Origin: Hyphomicrobiales bacterium
Lineage (GTDB): Bacteria; Pseudomonadota; Alphaproteobacteria; Micropepsales; Micropepsaceae
Reading direction: 5' to 3'
Assembly (NCBI GenBank): GCA_040255365.1
Contig: JBDZUY010000010.1
Coordinates: forward strand, 2,556-66,555
Length of the DNA stretch: 64,000 nt
Shown here: piece after piece, positions 1 to 9,738 of the stretch
Layout of the letters: the number at the start of each line of letters is the position of its first letter
How positions within the stretch are numbered: position 1 is the first letter of the stretch
Program-made: the position numbers and the translations under genes
Notes under the pieces: model-generated
What the model was told of the DNA's origin: nothing
Databases searched by the model: none
What the model saw: only the letters and a program-made list of their open reading frames with translations

Positions 1-101
1 CAATCCGCTCAAATGGGCTATCCTTCATGAACGCGATCATTACCAATAGGTCTTGCTTCGACAAGCGGGCGGCGACACGTTAGGATTCGCAGGTAGCCGC
101 T

Positions 102-548
102 TTGCCCGCGGTACCGCCCCGAAACCTTGCGCGCAACCATGCTTTGATCAAATCCATCCGCCACATTTTGCCACTTATGCTGCTTGCAGCATCGATTGTG
201 CCGGCCCATGCAGATTTCAAAGTCTGTAACAAAACGGGCGTTGCGGCGCAGGTGGCGCTGGGCCGTTTCAATGGAACCCATTGGATGAGCGAAGGCTGGT
301 GGCAGGTTGCCCCTCACAAATGCACCACTTTGGTCAAAGGCAAGCTGAAGGCGCGCTATTATTATCTCTATGCCAGTAATGGCGGCGATGGCGGCTGGGA
401 TGGCAACCGGAGCTTTTGCACGTCGGTGACGGATAAATTCACAGTCATCGGGCGTGCGTCCTGCGCCAAACGCGGTTATGACCGCAAAGGCTTCTTTGCC
501 GTCGATACACGCGATCATCTCGATTTCACCCAGTCGCTTTCGGATTAA
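102..548 (+). CDS. DUF1036-like exported protein (typical alphaproteobacterial neighbour of pyk)
   Basis: 148-aa ORF starting at TTG 102. An in-frame TTG at 144 would give a cleaner signal peptide ending ...IVPAHA/DF. The mature part (KVCNKT...GWW...CTT...YYLYA...C.S...C) resembles the DUF1036 family. It ends 3 nt before pyk. Confidence 0.65.
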   Translation: MPAVPPRNLARNHALIKSIRHILPLMLLAASIVPAHADFKVCNKTGVAAQVALGRFNGTHWMSEGWWQVAPHKCTTLVKGKLKARYYYLYASNGGDGGWDGNRSFCTSVTDKFTVIGRASCAKRGYDRKGFFAVDTRDHLDFTQSLSD

Positions 549-551
549 AAT

Positions 552-1973
552 ATGCGCCGCCGCCGCAAAACAAAAATTCTTGCAACGCTTGGTCCCGCAT
601 CCTCCTCGCCCGAACAGATGAAGGCGCTGTTTGAGGCGGGCGTTGATATATTTCGCATCAATATGAGCCATACCGATCATACGCTTCTGAAAGAGCTGCA
701 TGGCCGGGCCCGCGCGCTGGAGGGCGAAGTCGGCCGTCCGATTGGTATTTTGGTGGATTTACAGGGGCCAAAGATCCGGCTGGGAAAATTGCCGGGCGGG
801 AAAATCCTTTTGAAGGAAGGCGCCCGTATCAAGCTGGTACGCGCTGCGTCGTCCGATGATCCCGATGTGTTGCCCATTCCGCATGGCGAAGTGTTTGCGG
901 CCCTGAAGCAAAAGCATTGCCTGTTGATTGACGATGGCAAAATACGCTTGCGCACCTTTTCATCCAAACCGGACAGCGCCGAAGCCTTTGTTGAAATCGG
1001 CGGCGAGGTGAAAGACAAAAAGGGCGTGAACCTGCCCGACACCTTGCTGCCCGTTTCGGCGATGACTGACAAGGACCGCCGTGATCTGGACGCAGCCCTC
1101 AATCTGAGCGTGGACTGGATTGCGCTGTCCTTTGTGCAACGCGCCGATGATGTGGCCGAGCTGAAAAAAATTGTGCGCGGGCGCGCGGGCGTTCTGGCGA
1201 AAATTGAAAAGCCCAAAGCGATTGAATGTCTGGATGAAATTCTGGAACTGTCCGATGCGGTGATGGTGGCGCGCGGCGATCTGGGTGTGGAATTGCCGCT
1301 GGAAACCGTGCCCGGCCGGCAAAAGGAAATCATCCGGGCCGCCCGGCGTGCGGGCAAGCCCGTGGTCGTGGCAACCCAGATGCTGGAATCCATGATCCAT
1401 ACACCGGCGCCCACCCGCGCCGAAGTTTCTGATGTGGCGACCGCCGTGTTTGAAGGCGCTGATGCGGTGATGCTGTCAGCGGAAACCGCAGCAGGCAGCT
1501 ATCCGGTGGAAGCGGTGCAGATGATGGACCGCATCGCCCACGCTGTGGAAAGCGAGACGCTTTACCATTCGATCATTGATGCACAGCGCGCACCACCAGA
1601 AGAAAACACGCCCGATGCGATCATGGCCGCGGTGCAGCAGGTCACACATACCGTACATGCGCGCGCCATTGTGTGCTGGACCAAATCAGGTTCCACCAGT
1701 CTGCGGGCTGCGCGTGAACGCCCCGATGCACCCATTATTGTACTGACGCCGAGCCTGGAAACCGCGCGGCGGCTATCCATCGTCTGGGGTTTGCATTGCG
1801 TCACCGGAGAAGACGCACATGATTTGGATGATGTCGTGGAACGCGCGGCGCAGATTGCCTATTCCGAAGGCTTTGCCAAAGCGGGTGAACGCATTGTCGT
1901 GACCGCGGGCGTGCCATTGGGAACGCCCGGCGCAACCAATTTGTTGCGCGTGGCGTTTGTCGGCGGGAAATAG
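552..1973 (+). CDS. pyk: pyruvate kinase
   Basis: 473-aa ORF with ATG at 552. Full-length pyruvate kinase motifs are present: FRINMSH, MVARGDLGVELP, ATQMLESM, MLSAETAAGSYP. Confidence 0.95.
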   Translation: MRRRRKTKILATLGPASSSPEQMKALFEAGVDIFRINMSHTDHTLLKELHGRARALEGEVGRPIGILVDLQGPKIRLGKLPGGKILLKEGARIKLVRAASSDDPDVLPIPHGEVFAALKQKHCLLIDDGKIRLRTFSSKPDSAEAFVEIGGEVKDKKGVNLPDTLLPVSAMTDKDRRDLDAALNLSVDWIALSFVQRADDVAELKKIVRGRAGVLAKIEKPKAIECLDEILELSDAVMVARGDLGVELPLETVPGRQKEIIRAARRAGKPVVVATQMLESMIHTPAPTRAEVSDVATAVFEGADAVMLSAETAAGSYPVEAVQMMDRIAHAVESETLYHSIIDAQRAPPEENTPDAIMAAVQQVTHTVHARAIVCWTKSGSTSLRAARERPDAPIIVLTPSLETARRLSIVWGLHCVTGEDAHDLDDVVERAAQIAYSEGFAKAGERIVVTAGVPLGTPGATNLLRVAFVGGK

Positions 1974-1988
1974 GCCGGCGGTAAAATA

Positions 1989-2573
1989 TCAGATCCGGTC
2001 GCCCTCGACCTCGCGGGACAATTTGCGCACATTGCGCGCAACCCCATCATAATGCGGATCGAGCTTTTGCGCCTCGCGGTAGAATTTCAGCGCACCGGCT
2101 TTGTTGCCATATTCTTCGAGCAATCCTGCCAGTTGCGCCAGCGCCGCGAAATGGCGCGGGTTCAAGGTTACCGCCTTTTGCAACGAAATCATCGCGCCTT
2201 CATCATCACCGCTAATCGCCTGCAATTGTGCGCGCTGAAACCAGCCATCGGCAAATTTTGGTTCAAGATCGGTAATCGAGCTCAGCAATTTTATGCCCGT
2301 TTTGATGTCGCCAGTTTGCACGGCCGTGGTCGCGCGCGTCATCAACAGATCAATACTGGGGCTGCCCGATTGGTTGAACATCGCCAGAATGCGTTCTTCG
2401 ATAGGCTTGGCGGTTTCTTCGGAATCCGCATTGGCCAGCGCCTCGAACAAAGAATCGAGCGGTTTGGCGGTTTGCGGCATCTCGTCTTTTGCGGAAGCCG
2501 GCACAATGCTCTGCGCCGCCGCAGGCATGACGGCGAAAGCAAAACTCACGAATGTGACAATCAAAATGCGCAT
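1989..2573 (-). CDS. secreted tetratricopeptide-repeat protein
   Basis: 194 aa with an N-terminal signal peptide (MRILIVTFVSFAFAVMPAAAQ). TPR-like helical repeats follow (WFQRAQLQAISGDDEGAMISLQKAVTLNPRH..., ALKFYREAQKLDPHY). Confidence 0.75.
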   Translation of the reverse strand: MRILIVTFVSFAFAVMPAAAQSIVPASAKDEMPQTAKPLDSLFEALANADSEETAKPIEERILAMFNQSGSPSIDLLMTRATTAVQTGDIKTGIKLLSSITDLEPKFADGWFQRAQLQAISGDDEGAMISLQKAVTLNPRHFAALAQLAGLLEEYGNKAGALKFYREAQKLDPHYDGVARNVRKLSREVEGDRI

Positions 2574-2608
2574 GACATCAGCCTAACCCAAGCGCTGCGC
2601 GGCTTCCA

Positions 2609-3889
2609 TCACCCTTGTGTGAATTGGCTAACAAGAGCGGGTGGCATGGGGCCGCCCTCTGCCCAATCCACCAATTCAGCGGGATGAATGATCGGCGGCG
2701 TGTCCGCCCCCATCAGATGCGTGGTGCAGCCGATGTTGCCGCTGGCAATCACATCGGGGCGCAGGCTTTCTATATTGGTGAGCTTGCGCGCCCGCAATGC
2801 GCCCGCGATGTCTGGCTGGAGCAGGCTGTAACTACCCGCCGAACCGCAGCACAGATGACCTTCGGGAATATCGAGCACGGTGTAACCGGCGGCGATCAAT
2901 TGTGCCTCGCCAACGCCCGAAAGTTTCAGCCCGTTCTGCTGCGAACACGGCGCATGATAGGCGACGCGCAGATTCTGTGGTGGCGTGGCGCTTTGCGGGG
3001 CGGCGATTTGCGAAAAATCTTTCAGCTTCGCCGAAAACGCATCTGCGCGCGCCTTCCATTCCGGCTCATCCAAAAACAGAAACCCATATTCGTGCATGTG
3101 TGAGGCGCAGCCTGTCGCCGCAATCAGCACGGCGTCAAAAGCATCGGCACCGCCTGCGTTTTCAAACGCGGCGATCATGCGTTTTGCTTTATCTTTTGCA
3201 TCCGCTGCGCGGCCCAGATGATGAGCCAGTGCGCCGCAGCAACCCGCATCATCCAGCGGCACCAGCGCCATATCGCGCCGCGCCAGCACGCGCGCCATCG
3301 CCGCATCGACATGCGGTGCCAGGGCGCGCTGCACACAGCCACGCAACAGCGCCACGCGTTTTTGTGCATGCGGCACGGCAGGAATGGCGGACGCATGCGT
3401 GGGTTTCAGCCGCGCACCCATATCGGCCATAAGACCAAGTCGGCCGGGCAGGCGCCGCGCCAGGGGCGCAAAGATTTTCGCCGACAATACAGCGGCGCGC
3501 ACCAGCGCGGGCCGCGTCATGATGTTTGCAATCAGCCAGCGCAAGGCGCGCTCGCGTCTTGGCCGCACATGATACGTTTCGATATGCACGCGCGCCGCAT
3601 CAACAAGCCGCGCATAATCCACATTGGAGGGACAGGCCGTGCGGCAGCCCAGGCAGGAAAGACAGCGATCAATGTGATGCACAGTTTCCGCCGTCGGGGC
3701 ACCGCCCTCCTCCAGCATGGCCTGCATCATTACAATGCGGCCGCGCGGGGAATCGCGCTCATCCCCCAATAACACATAGGTCGGGCAGGTGGCGGTGCAG
3801 ATGCCGCAATGCACGCAGGCGCGCAGATTTTCTTCCGCCGCGGCAATATGCGGATCGGCAAGTTGTTCAGCGGTGAATTTCGTGCGCAT
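2609..3889 (-). CDS. glcF: glycolate oxidase iron-sulfur subunit
   Basis: 426 aa. Two 4Fe-4S motifs (CVHCGICTATCP, CLSCLGCRTACP) followed by CCG-type cysteine-rich repeats. Last gene of a tight glcD-glcE-glcF string. Confidence 0.9.
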   Translation of the reverse strand: MRTKFTAEQLADPHIAAAEENLRACVHCGICTATCPTYVLLGDERDSPRGRIVMMQAMLEEGGAPTAETVHHIDRCLSCLGCRTACPSNVDYARLVDAARVHIETYHVRPRRERALRWLIANIMTRPALVRAAVLSAKIFAPLARRLPGRLGLMADMGARLKPTHASAIPAVPHAQKRVALLRGCVQRALAPHVDAAMARVLARRDMALVPLDDAGCCGALAHHLGRAADAKDKAKRMIAAFENAGGADAFDAVLIAATGCASHMHEYGFLFLDEPEWKARADAFSAKLKDFSQIAAPQSATPPQNLRVAYHAPCSQQNGLKLSGVGEAQLIAAGYTVLDIPEGHLCCGSAGSYSLLQPDIAGALRARKLTNIESLRPDVIASGNIGCTTHLMGADTPPIIHPAELVDWAEGGPMPPALVSQFTQG

Positions 3890-3891
3890 CG

Positions 3892-5043
3892 TTACACCGC
3901 CTCATACATGCGGCCGGGATTGAACAGGCCAAGCGGATCAAACGCCGCCGTTACCGAACGCGTCAGCGCGGCGCGCGGCGGTGGTTCCGGTGCAAAGGCC
4001 CCAACACGGGCACGCATCTGTGCATCTGCGCGCAGCAAAATCGCATAACCACCAGACGCCGCAGCCAGACTGCGCAAATTCTGTGCGGCGGCAATGTCAT
4101 CTTTCTTCAACCCGATCCAGAGCACACCGCCCGCCCAATCGCCCCACCATAGCGATGACGAAATATTGCCTGCAAAATCAGCCGCCGCAGCAGGCGGCAA
4201 CATCACGCGCCAGACATCATGGGCGGTTTGCACAAAAGCGGCCCCACTTCCCAGATTTGCGAACAGCGCGTCGCCATCATCCCATTCTTTCAAATCATGC
4301 GCGCTTGCGATTGCGCGCACGGCGGCACATTTTTCCTCTAACGATTGCGGCGCGCCATCGACGCGGATCAGAACGCGCGCGCCATCCGGCACATAGGCAA
4401 GGCCGCTGGCTTCCACCGGGCTGGACCAGATTTTGCGAAGCAACGCAAAACCATCGCGCGGGGCAATGTCGTCCACCGCAAGGGTGATTGATTTTTCCGG
4501 TTTGGGCACGACACGCACCGTGATTTCGCTCAACACACAAAGCGTTCCCATCGCGCCGCAAACCAGCTTGGCTATGTCAAAGCCGGTGACGTTTTTCACA
4601 ACCTTGCCGCCGGCGCGAAACGCCTCACCAAACCCGTTCACACCACGAAACCCCAGAACATGATCGCGCACCGCGCCATAGCGCAGCTTGTGCGAACCGC
4701 AACAATCAGCAGAGACAACACCGCCAAGCGTCGCTTCGCCGGGCGTACCCAATAATGAGCCCCAGGCAACCGGATCAAATCCGAGCTGCTGACCGCGCTC
4801 ATCTAGCGCCGCAACAATTTCCGCAATCGGCGTTGCGGCCCGCGCAGTCAGCACCAATTCTTCGGCCTCGTATGAAACGATGCCGGACACGCCCGATACA
4901 TCCAGCACGTTCATCGCGGCCAGCGGGCGGCCAAACCCGCGTTTCGTCCCGCGGCCAATAATCTCAAGCGGTGTCGCAGCTTCGCGCGCCGCGCGCACAG
5001 CATCAACAATGTCAGTTTCATGGACCGCGTTGATGTGAGCCAT
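3892..5043 (-). CDS. glcE: glycolate oxidase FAD-binding subunit
   Basis: 383 aa with a PCMH-type FAD-binding domain (IIGRGTKRGFG). It abuts glcD (0-nt gap) and glcF (2-nt gap). Confidence 0.88.
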   Translation of the reverse strand: MAHINAVHETDIVDAVRAAREAATPLEIIGRGTKRGFGRPLAAMNVLDVSGVSGIVSYEAEELVLTARAATPIAEIVAALDERGQQLGFDPVAWGSLLGTPGEATLGGVVSADCCGSHKLRYGAVRDHVLGFRGVNGFGEAFRAGGKVVKNVTGFDIAKLVCGAMGTLCVLSEITVRVVPKPEKSITLAVDDIAPRDGFALLRKIWSSPVEASGLAYVPDGARVLIRVDGAPQSLEEKCAAVRAIASAHDLKEWDDGDALFANLGSGAAFVQTAHDVWRVMLPPAAAADFAGNISSSLWWGDWAGGVLWIGLKKDDIAAAQNLRSLAAASGGYAILLRADAQMRARVGAFAPEPPPRAALTRSVTAAFDPLGLFNPGRMYEAV

Positions 5044-6528
5044 TTAAAACCGCGGCAGGTTGGAGCGGGGAATGCGGCCCGATTTCACATGCATGTGCCC
5101 GCTGTCGATGCAGGCCGACAGCGTAGGAAACACTTTTTCCGGATTGAAGGCGCGTGCCGAATCGAACGCGCATTTCAACCGCTGTTGCTGGGCCAGATCG
5201 GCCTCGTCAAACATCACGCCCATCAGATCGCGCTTTTCAACGCCCACACCATGTTCGCCCGTCAGCACGCCGCCAACTTCGACACAGAGTTTCAAAATAT
5301 CAGCACCGAAATTTTCCGCGCGTTCCAGCTCGCCCGGCTTCATCACATCAAAAATAATCAGCGGGTGCAGATTGCCATCGCCCGCATGAAACACATTGCA
5401 GAAGGGCAGATTGTATTCGTCGCTCATCTGCGCCATCCGCGCCAGCACAGCGGGAAGCGCGCGGCGCGGTATCGTGCCGTCCATGCACAGCATGTCAGGC
5501 GCCAGCCGCCCCATCGCCGAAAACGCTGCCTTGCGCCCTAACCAGAAACGCGCCCGTTCTTTTTCGTCCGTCGCTTCGCGCACATCATGTGCGCCTGTCT
5601 GTCTGGCGATATCCATGATCCGCGCGGTTGCTTCGTTCACTTCGGCGGGCATCCCATCCACATCGATCAGCAACAGACCGGCCGCATCGCGCGGATAATT
5701 TGGCGCGCAATAATCCTCCACCGCTTCGATGCATCGCCGGTCCATAAATTCCATCACGGCGGGAATGATTCCGGCGGCGATAATGTCGGCCACGCATTGT
5801 CCGGCCTGCGGCACATCGCGAAAGCCCGCAATCAATGTGCGCGTCAGCGGCGGGGTGGGTCGGATACGGAGCGTCGCTTCCACCACCACACCCAGCAACC
5901 CTTCGGAACCTGCGACTACTCCGAGCAGATCGAGCCCGCCCGCACCCGGCGCCTTGCCACCCAAACGAATGCGTTCGCCGCCCGGCAGCGCCAGTTCCAC
6001 GCCCATCAGATTGTGCGTCGTCAGCCCATATTTCAAACAATGCAACCCGCCGGAATTTTCCGCCACATTGCCGCCGATGGTGCAGGCAATCTGGCTGGAC
6101 GGATCTGGCGCATAATAAAACCCGTTCTTCTCGACGGCGCGCGTGACGGCCAGATTGGTCACGCCCGGTTCAGCCACGACACAGCCATTGTCGTAATCAA
6201 TTTCGATGATGCGGTTCATCCGGCCAAGGCCGAGCAATATCGCATCGCCGCGCGGCAACGCCCCGCCAGACAGCGATGTGCCCGCCCCGCGCGGCACTAT
6301 GGCCACGCCCTCTTCGGCAGCAAATTTCAAAATGGCAGAAACCTGTTCGCGCGTTTTCGGCAGCACACAAACAAGCGGCGGCTGGCGGTATGCGGCCAGT
6401 GCATCGCTGTCATAGGCGGTCAGCCCTGCGCGCTCGGACACCACGCCATCGGGCACAATAGCGCGCAGGCCCGCAGCGATCTCTGCGCGGCGGGCGACGA
6501 TGGACGGATCGGGGTCTTTCAAATGCAA
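5044..6528 (-). CDS. glcD: glycolate oxidase subunit GlcD (FAD-linked oxidase)
   Basis: 494 aa, collinear with E. coli GlcD by eye (VPRGAGTSLSGGA, YAPDPSSQIACTIGGNVAENSGG, CMDGTIPRR, FHAGDGNLHPLI). The start in the ORF track is a TTG at 6528, so the exact start is uncertain. Confidence 0.93.
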   Translation of the reverse strand: MHLKDPDPSIVARRAEIAAGLRAIVPDGVVSERAGLTAYDSDALAAYRQPPLVCVLPKTREQVSAILKFAAEEGVAIVPRGAGTSLSGGALPRGDAILLGLGRMNRIIEIDYDNGCVVAEPGVTNLAVTRAVEKNGFYYAPDPSSQIACTIGGNVAENSGGLHCLKYGLTTHNLMGVELALPGGERIRLGGKAPGAGGLDLLGVVAGSEGLLGVVVEATLRIRPTPPLTRTLIAGFRDVPQAGQCVADIIAAGIIPAVMEFMDRRCIEAVEDYCAPNYPRDAAGLLLIDVDGMPAEVNEATARIMDIARQTGAHDVREATDEKERARFWLGRKAAFSAMGRLAPDMLCMDGTIPRRALPAVLARMAQMSDEYNLPFCNVFHAGDGNLHPLIIFDVMKPGELERAENFGADILKLCVEVGGVLTGEHGVGVEKRDLMGVMFDEADLAQQQRLKCAFDSARAFNPEKVFPTLSACIDSGHMHVKSGRIPRSNLPRF

Positions 6529-6646
6529 AATGCGCCTCGGCCTGTTCGGCTTTGGCGCACTTTAGAACGAATCGCCGTGATGGCGAGAGTGGCGCATGGC
6601 CACCCGTCACACTTTGCGCAAATGCACAGACTTATAACCCACGGGC

Positions 6647-6772
6647 TCAGCCCTGACGGGCTTTGAATTTCGGCTTGGATTTGTTGATGACATAGGTGCG
6701 ACCGCGGCGGCGGATAACACGGCAGTCTTTGTCGCGTTTCTTCAGCGAACGCAGCGAATTGCGGATTTTCAT
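6647..6772 (-). CDS. rpmJ: 50S ribosomal protein L36 (single-Cys, YkgO-like form)
   Basis: Not in the ORF track because it is under 60 aa. I translated it by hand: ATG 6772, [44 protein letters not shown] 6647-6649. An upstream GAAGGTG acts as the Shine-Dalgarno sequence. Confidence 0.9.
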   Translation of the reverse strand: MKIRNSLRSLKKRDKDCRVIRRRGRTYVINKSKPKFKARQG

Positions 6773-6894
6773 TTCACACCTTCTTCAACTCAGGTCAGCA
6801 GGGCCAACCCACGCAAAAAAGCCACACGGGTCCTGCAAAAAAGAGCGCGGAAGCTAGTTGGGCAAAGCGCACCTGTCAACGCTGGAGCCGCGCC

Positions 6895-8253
6895 ATGATA
6901 AGGATAGAACAGAGACGGTGCGCCGGAGACCCCCATTTGCCCCATAACACATTGTTATTACATAGTTTTATCGCAAAATTTCGATCCCGGCGCTGGTCCG
7001 CGCGCGCGCTTGCCCTGATGCTGGTCACCCTGACCGCCGCCTGTGCCAGCGCCGCACCGGGAGCAACGGCGCCCGCACGCCCCGCCGTGCCGACACCTGC
7101 GCCCAGCCAAAACGCGAAATTTGACACTTTCATCCACGATTTTCGCAGCACTGCATTGGCACACGGAATTACGGCGCGGACCTATGATGCGGCGATGGCC
7201 AGCGCCCGGCCACAGGCGCGTATTCAGGAACTGAACGAAAAGCAGCCCGAATTCACCAAGCAGATCTGGGATTATCTGGACGGGGCGGTGTCGCCCTTGC
7301 GCATTTCCAACGGGCAGCAAAAGCTGAGCCAGAACGCGACCATGCTGGCCAACATTCAATCGCGCACCGGCGTTTCCAAAGATATTCTTGTCGCCATCTG
7401 GGGGCTGGAAACCGCCTATGGCTCCAACATCGGCAGCTTCAACATATTTGATGCACTGGCAACCTTGGCCTATGACGGGCCGCGTCAGGACTTTGCCCGC
7501 AGCGAGCTTTTGAACGCGCTGAAAATGATGCAGCGCGAGCATTATTCGCGCGCGCAGATGATCTCGTCCTGGGCGGGTGCGTTTGGCCAAACGCAATTCA
7601 TGCCCTCCACCTTTTTCAAATACGCGACCGATGGCGATGGTGATGGCAAGATTGATTTGTGGAATTCTCCGGCCGATGCACTGAGCTCTGCGGCCGCGCT
7701 TCTGGATGGCGCGGGCTGGCAGCGCGGGCAGCCCTGGGGCTATGAAGTAAATTTGCCGCGCGGCTTTGATTATGCCCAAGCCGAGCTGGACAACACCAAA
7801 CCAGTATACGCATGGCGTGCAATGGGCGTGAAAACCGCGCTTGGTGCGAATTTGCCCAACGAGACAGCAGACGCCGCCATCTTCATGCCGGGCGGTGCGC
7901 GCGGACCGGCTTTTTTGCTGTTCCCAAATTTCAAGGTGATTTTGAAATACAACAACTCAACGGCGTATGCGCTGGGCATTGGTTTGCTGGCCAGCCGCAT
8001 CAATGGCGGACCATCACTTATTGCGGCATGGCCGCGTGATGAGATGGCGCTATCGCGCGAACAGAAGTTTCAGTTCCAGCGCGACCTGGCCGCACTTGGC
8101 TTTGATTCCGGCCCGATTGACGGGATGATCGGAAAACAGGTGCGCGGCGCCTTGCGTGCTTATCAAACGGCGCGGGGGCTTCCCGCCGACGGTTTTGCCA
8201 CCACCGAATTGCTGGCGCGCATGGACCGGGAGGCCGCCGCCAAAAGCCATTAA
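6895..8253 (+). CDS. lytic murein transglycosylase (MltB/SLT_2 type) with C-terminal peptidoglycan-binding domain
   Basis: 452 aa. Signal or lipoprotein-like segment LALMLVTLTAACASA. Motifs IWGLETAYG and GAFGQTQFMPSTF are present. C-terminal PG_binding_1-like repeat LGFDSGPIDGMIGKQVRGALRAYQ. The N-terminal ~40 aa may not be translated. Confidence 0.87.
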   Translation: MIRIEQRRCAGDPHLPHNTLLLHSFIAKFRSRRWSARALALMLVTLTAACASAAPGATAPARPAVPTPAPSQNAKFDTFIHDFRSTALAHGITARTYDAAMASARPQARIQELNEKQPEFTKQIWDYLDGAVSPLRISNGQQKLSQNATMLANIQSRTGVSKDILVAIWGLETAYGSNIGSFNIFDALATLAYDGPRQDFARSELLNALKMMQREHYSRAQMISSWAGAFGQTQFMPSTFFKYATDGDGDGKIDLWNSPADALSSAAALLDGAGWQRGQPWGYEVNLPRGFDYAQAELDNTKPVYAWRAMGVKTALGANLPNETADAAIFMPGGARGPAFLLFPNFKVILKYNNSTAYALGIGLLASRINGGPSLIAAWPRDEMALSREQKFQFQRDLAALGFDSGPIDGMIGKQVRGALRAYQTARGLPADGFATTELLARMDREAAAKSH

Positions 8254-8269
8254 GCGCCACTACTAGAGC

Positions 8270-8297
8270 ATGATCTGATTATGTCGAACCAGATCAT
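8270..8297 (+). terminator. hairpin between the convergent transglycosylase and MFS genes
   Basis: ATGATCTGATT-atgtcg-AACCAGATCAT forms 10 of 11 base pairs. A TTTT run follows 8 nt downstream. It lies 17 nt after the stop at 8253. Confidence 0.35.
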
Positions 8298-8364
8298 CCT
8301 CCAGTTTTCTCGATTGCCGCGCAATTTATCGGGTGAACCGCTGCACACTTCACCCTATTGCGCT

Positions 8365-9681
8365 CTAGGCATTTGGCACCTGTGTTTGTGGCGATTTATC
8401 CACCGCATCGCTTTCCGGCGCGAGCAGCCCGGCATTGCGCAAATGCGGGGAGGCGATTGCATAGACATAAAGCACGGCCATCAGCACGACGCAGAAAACA
8501 TATGGTGCCTCTGGCCGCCATTCATACAGTTTGGTGCCGATGATTGGCCCGAAGATGAAACCCGCACCTGCGGTCGCGCCGGTCAATCCGGCAATAGCGC
8601 CCTGTTCTTCCGGTGAAACCGAAAGCGACGCGGCGGCCGCATAACCTGGCCGCGCCATACCAAAGCCAAAACCCGAAATGATCAACGCAAAAACAAGCGG
8701 GCCGAATTGATTGCCAAATACGAATAAAATGTTTGAGACAAGCGCAATGATCACACCCCAGCGGATCAAAGTACGCGATGACATGTTGAAACGCTGCACC
8801 ACCACCAATTGCGCGAACAACGCGGCCATGGATGCCGCCATCAGGCCGATGCCGATATATTGCGGCGCTTCGGCGGGTGTCAGATGCAACACGTCGATAA
8901 AAAGATAACCCACCGTTTGCACCGGGATGGCGCCGGCCGTGCCAAGCCCCAATCCAAAGATGATGAAAGGCAGAACGCGCTTGTCATACCATCTCAGCGT
9001 TACAGAAACGGATTTGTGCCCTGTTGGCGCTGTGCGTTCAGGTAAAAATTTCCAGACGGCCGCCGCACTGGCAAACGCCATGAACGCGGTAAAATAAAAC
9101 GGCGCAAACAAACCGAACACGACCAGCACCGATCCGATGCCGGGCCCGACCGTGGTGCCAAGCCCAAAGGCCGCACCAATCGTGGCCACACCTTGCGTGC
9201 GCTCGGCGCGGGTTGTGCGATCAGCCACATAGGCCTGTGCGGACGGCGCAGCACCAGAGCCAAAAATGCCATAGAGCATGCGTGTCGCGATCATCAGCGG
9301 GAACACCCAAATGATCGGCAAGAGCCGGTTGACGCCGATCTGTGCCACCATTGCAAATGACGCGAACGAAACGCCAAAAGCGAAAAGCCCCAAAATGATG
9401 ATGGGGCGGCGGCCGGACAGATCGGATTTGCGGCCCCAATAACCGCTGGAAAACACCCAGATTACTGCCGACGCAACAAATGGCAACGAGGCCTGCAACT
9501 CGGTGAGGCCAAGCTCGCGCGCCAGCGAGGGCAAAACGGCGAACATCACCGATTGGCCCGCGCCCAGACACATCATACTGCCAAACAAGATGCCAAAGGC
9601 GCGGCGCCGCTCGGCCCGCGTCGTCACCCGCTGCACTGTTTCCTGTGCGGGCGCTTCGGGCACCGAAGGTATTTTATCCAT
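8365..9681 (-). CDS. MFS transporter
   Basis: About 12 TM helices with an MFS loop motif (GYWGRKSDLSGRRP). The ATG at 9681 has a GGAG 9 nt upstream. The track ORF extends to a GTG at 9735, 3 nt from the pbpC stop. Confidence 0.85.
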   Translation of the reverse strand: MDKIPSVPEAPAQETVQRVTTRAERRRAFGILFGSMMCLGAGQSVMFAVLPSLARELGLTELQASLPFVASAVIWVFSSGYWGRKSDLSGRRPIIILGLFAFGVSFASFAMVAQIGVNRLLPIIWVFPLMIATRMLYGIFGSGAAPSAQAYVADRTTRAERTQGVATIGAAFGLGTTVGPGIGSVLVVFGLFAPFYFTAFMAFASAAAVWKFLPERTAPTGHKSVSVTLRWYDKRVLPFIIFGLGLGTAGAIPVQTVGYLFIDVLHLTPAEAPQYIGIGLMAASMAALFAQLVVVQRFNMSSRTLIRWGVIIALVSNILFVFGNQFGPLVFALIISGFGFGMARPGYAAAASLSVSPEEQGAIAGLTGATAGAGFIFGPIIGTKLYEWRPEAPYVFCVVLMAVLYVYAIASPHLRNAGLLAPESDAVDKSPQTQVPNA

Positions 9682-9738
9682 CAAAGAAAACTCCGGTGCG
9701 CGCGCTTGATTGGGCTTAAGGGGAGAGCATGACACGCA

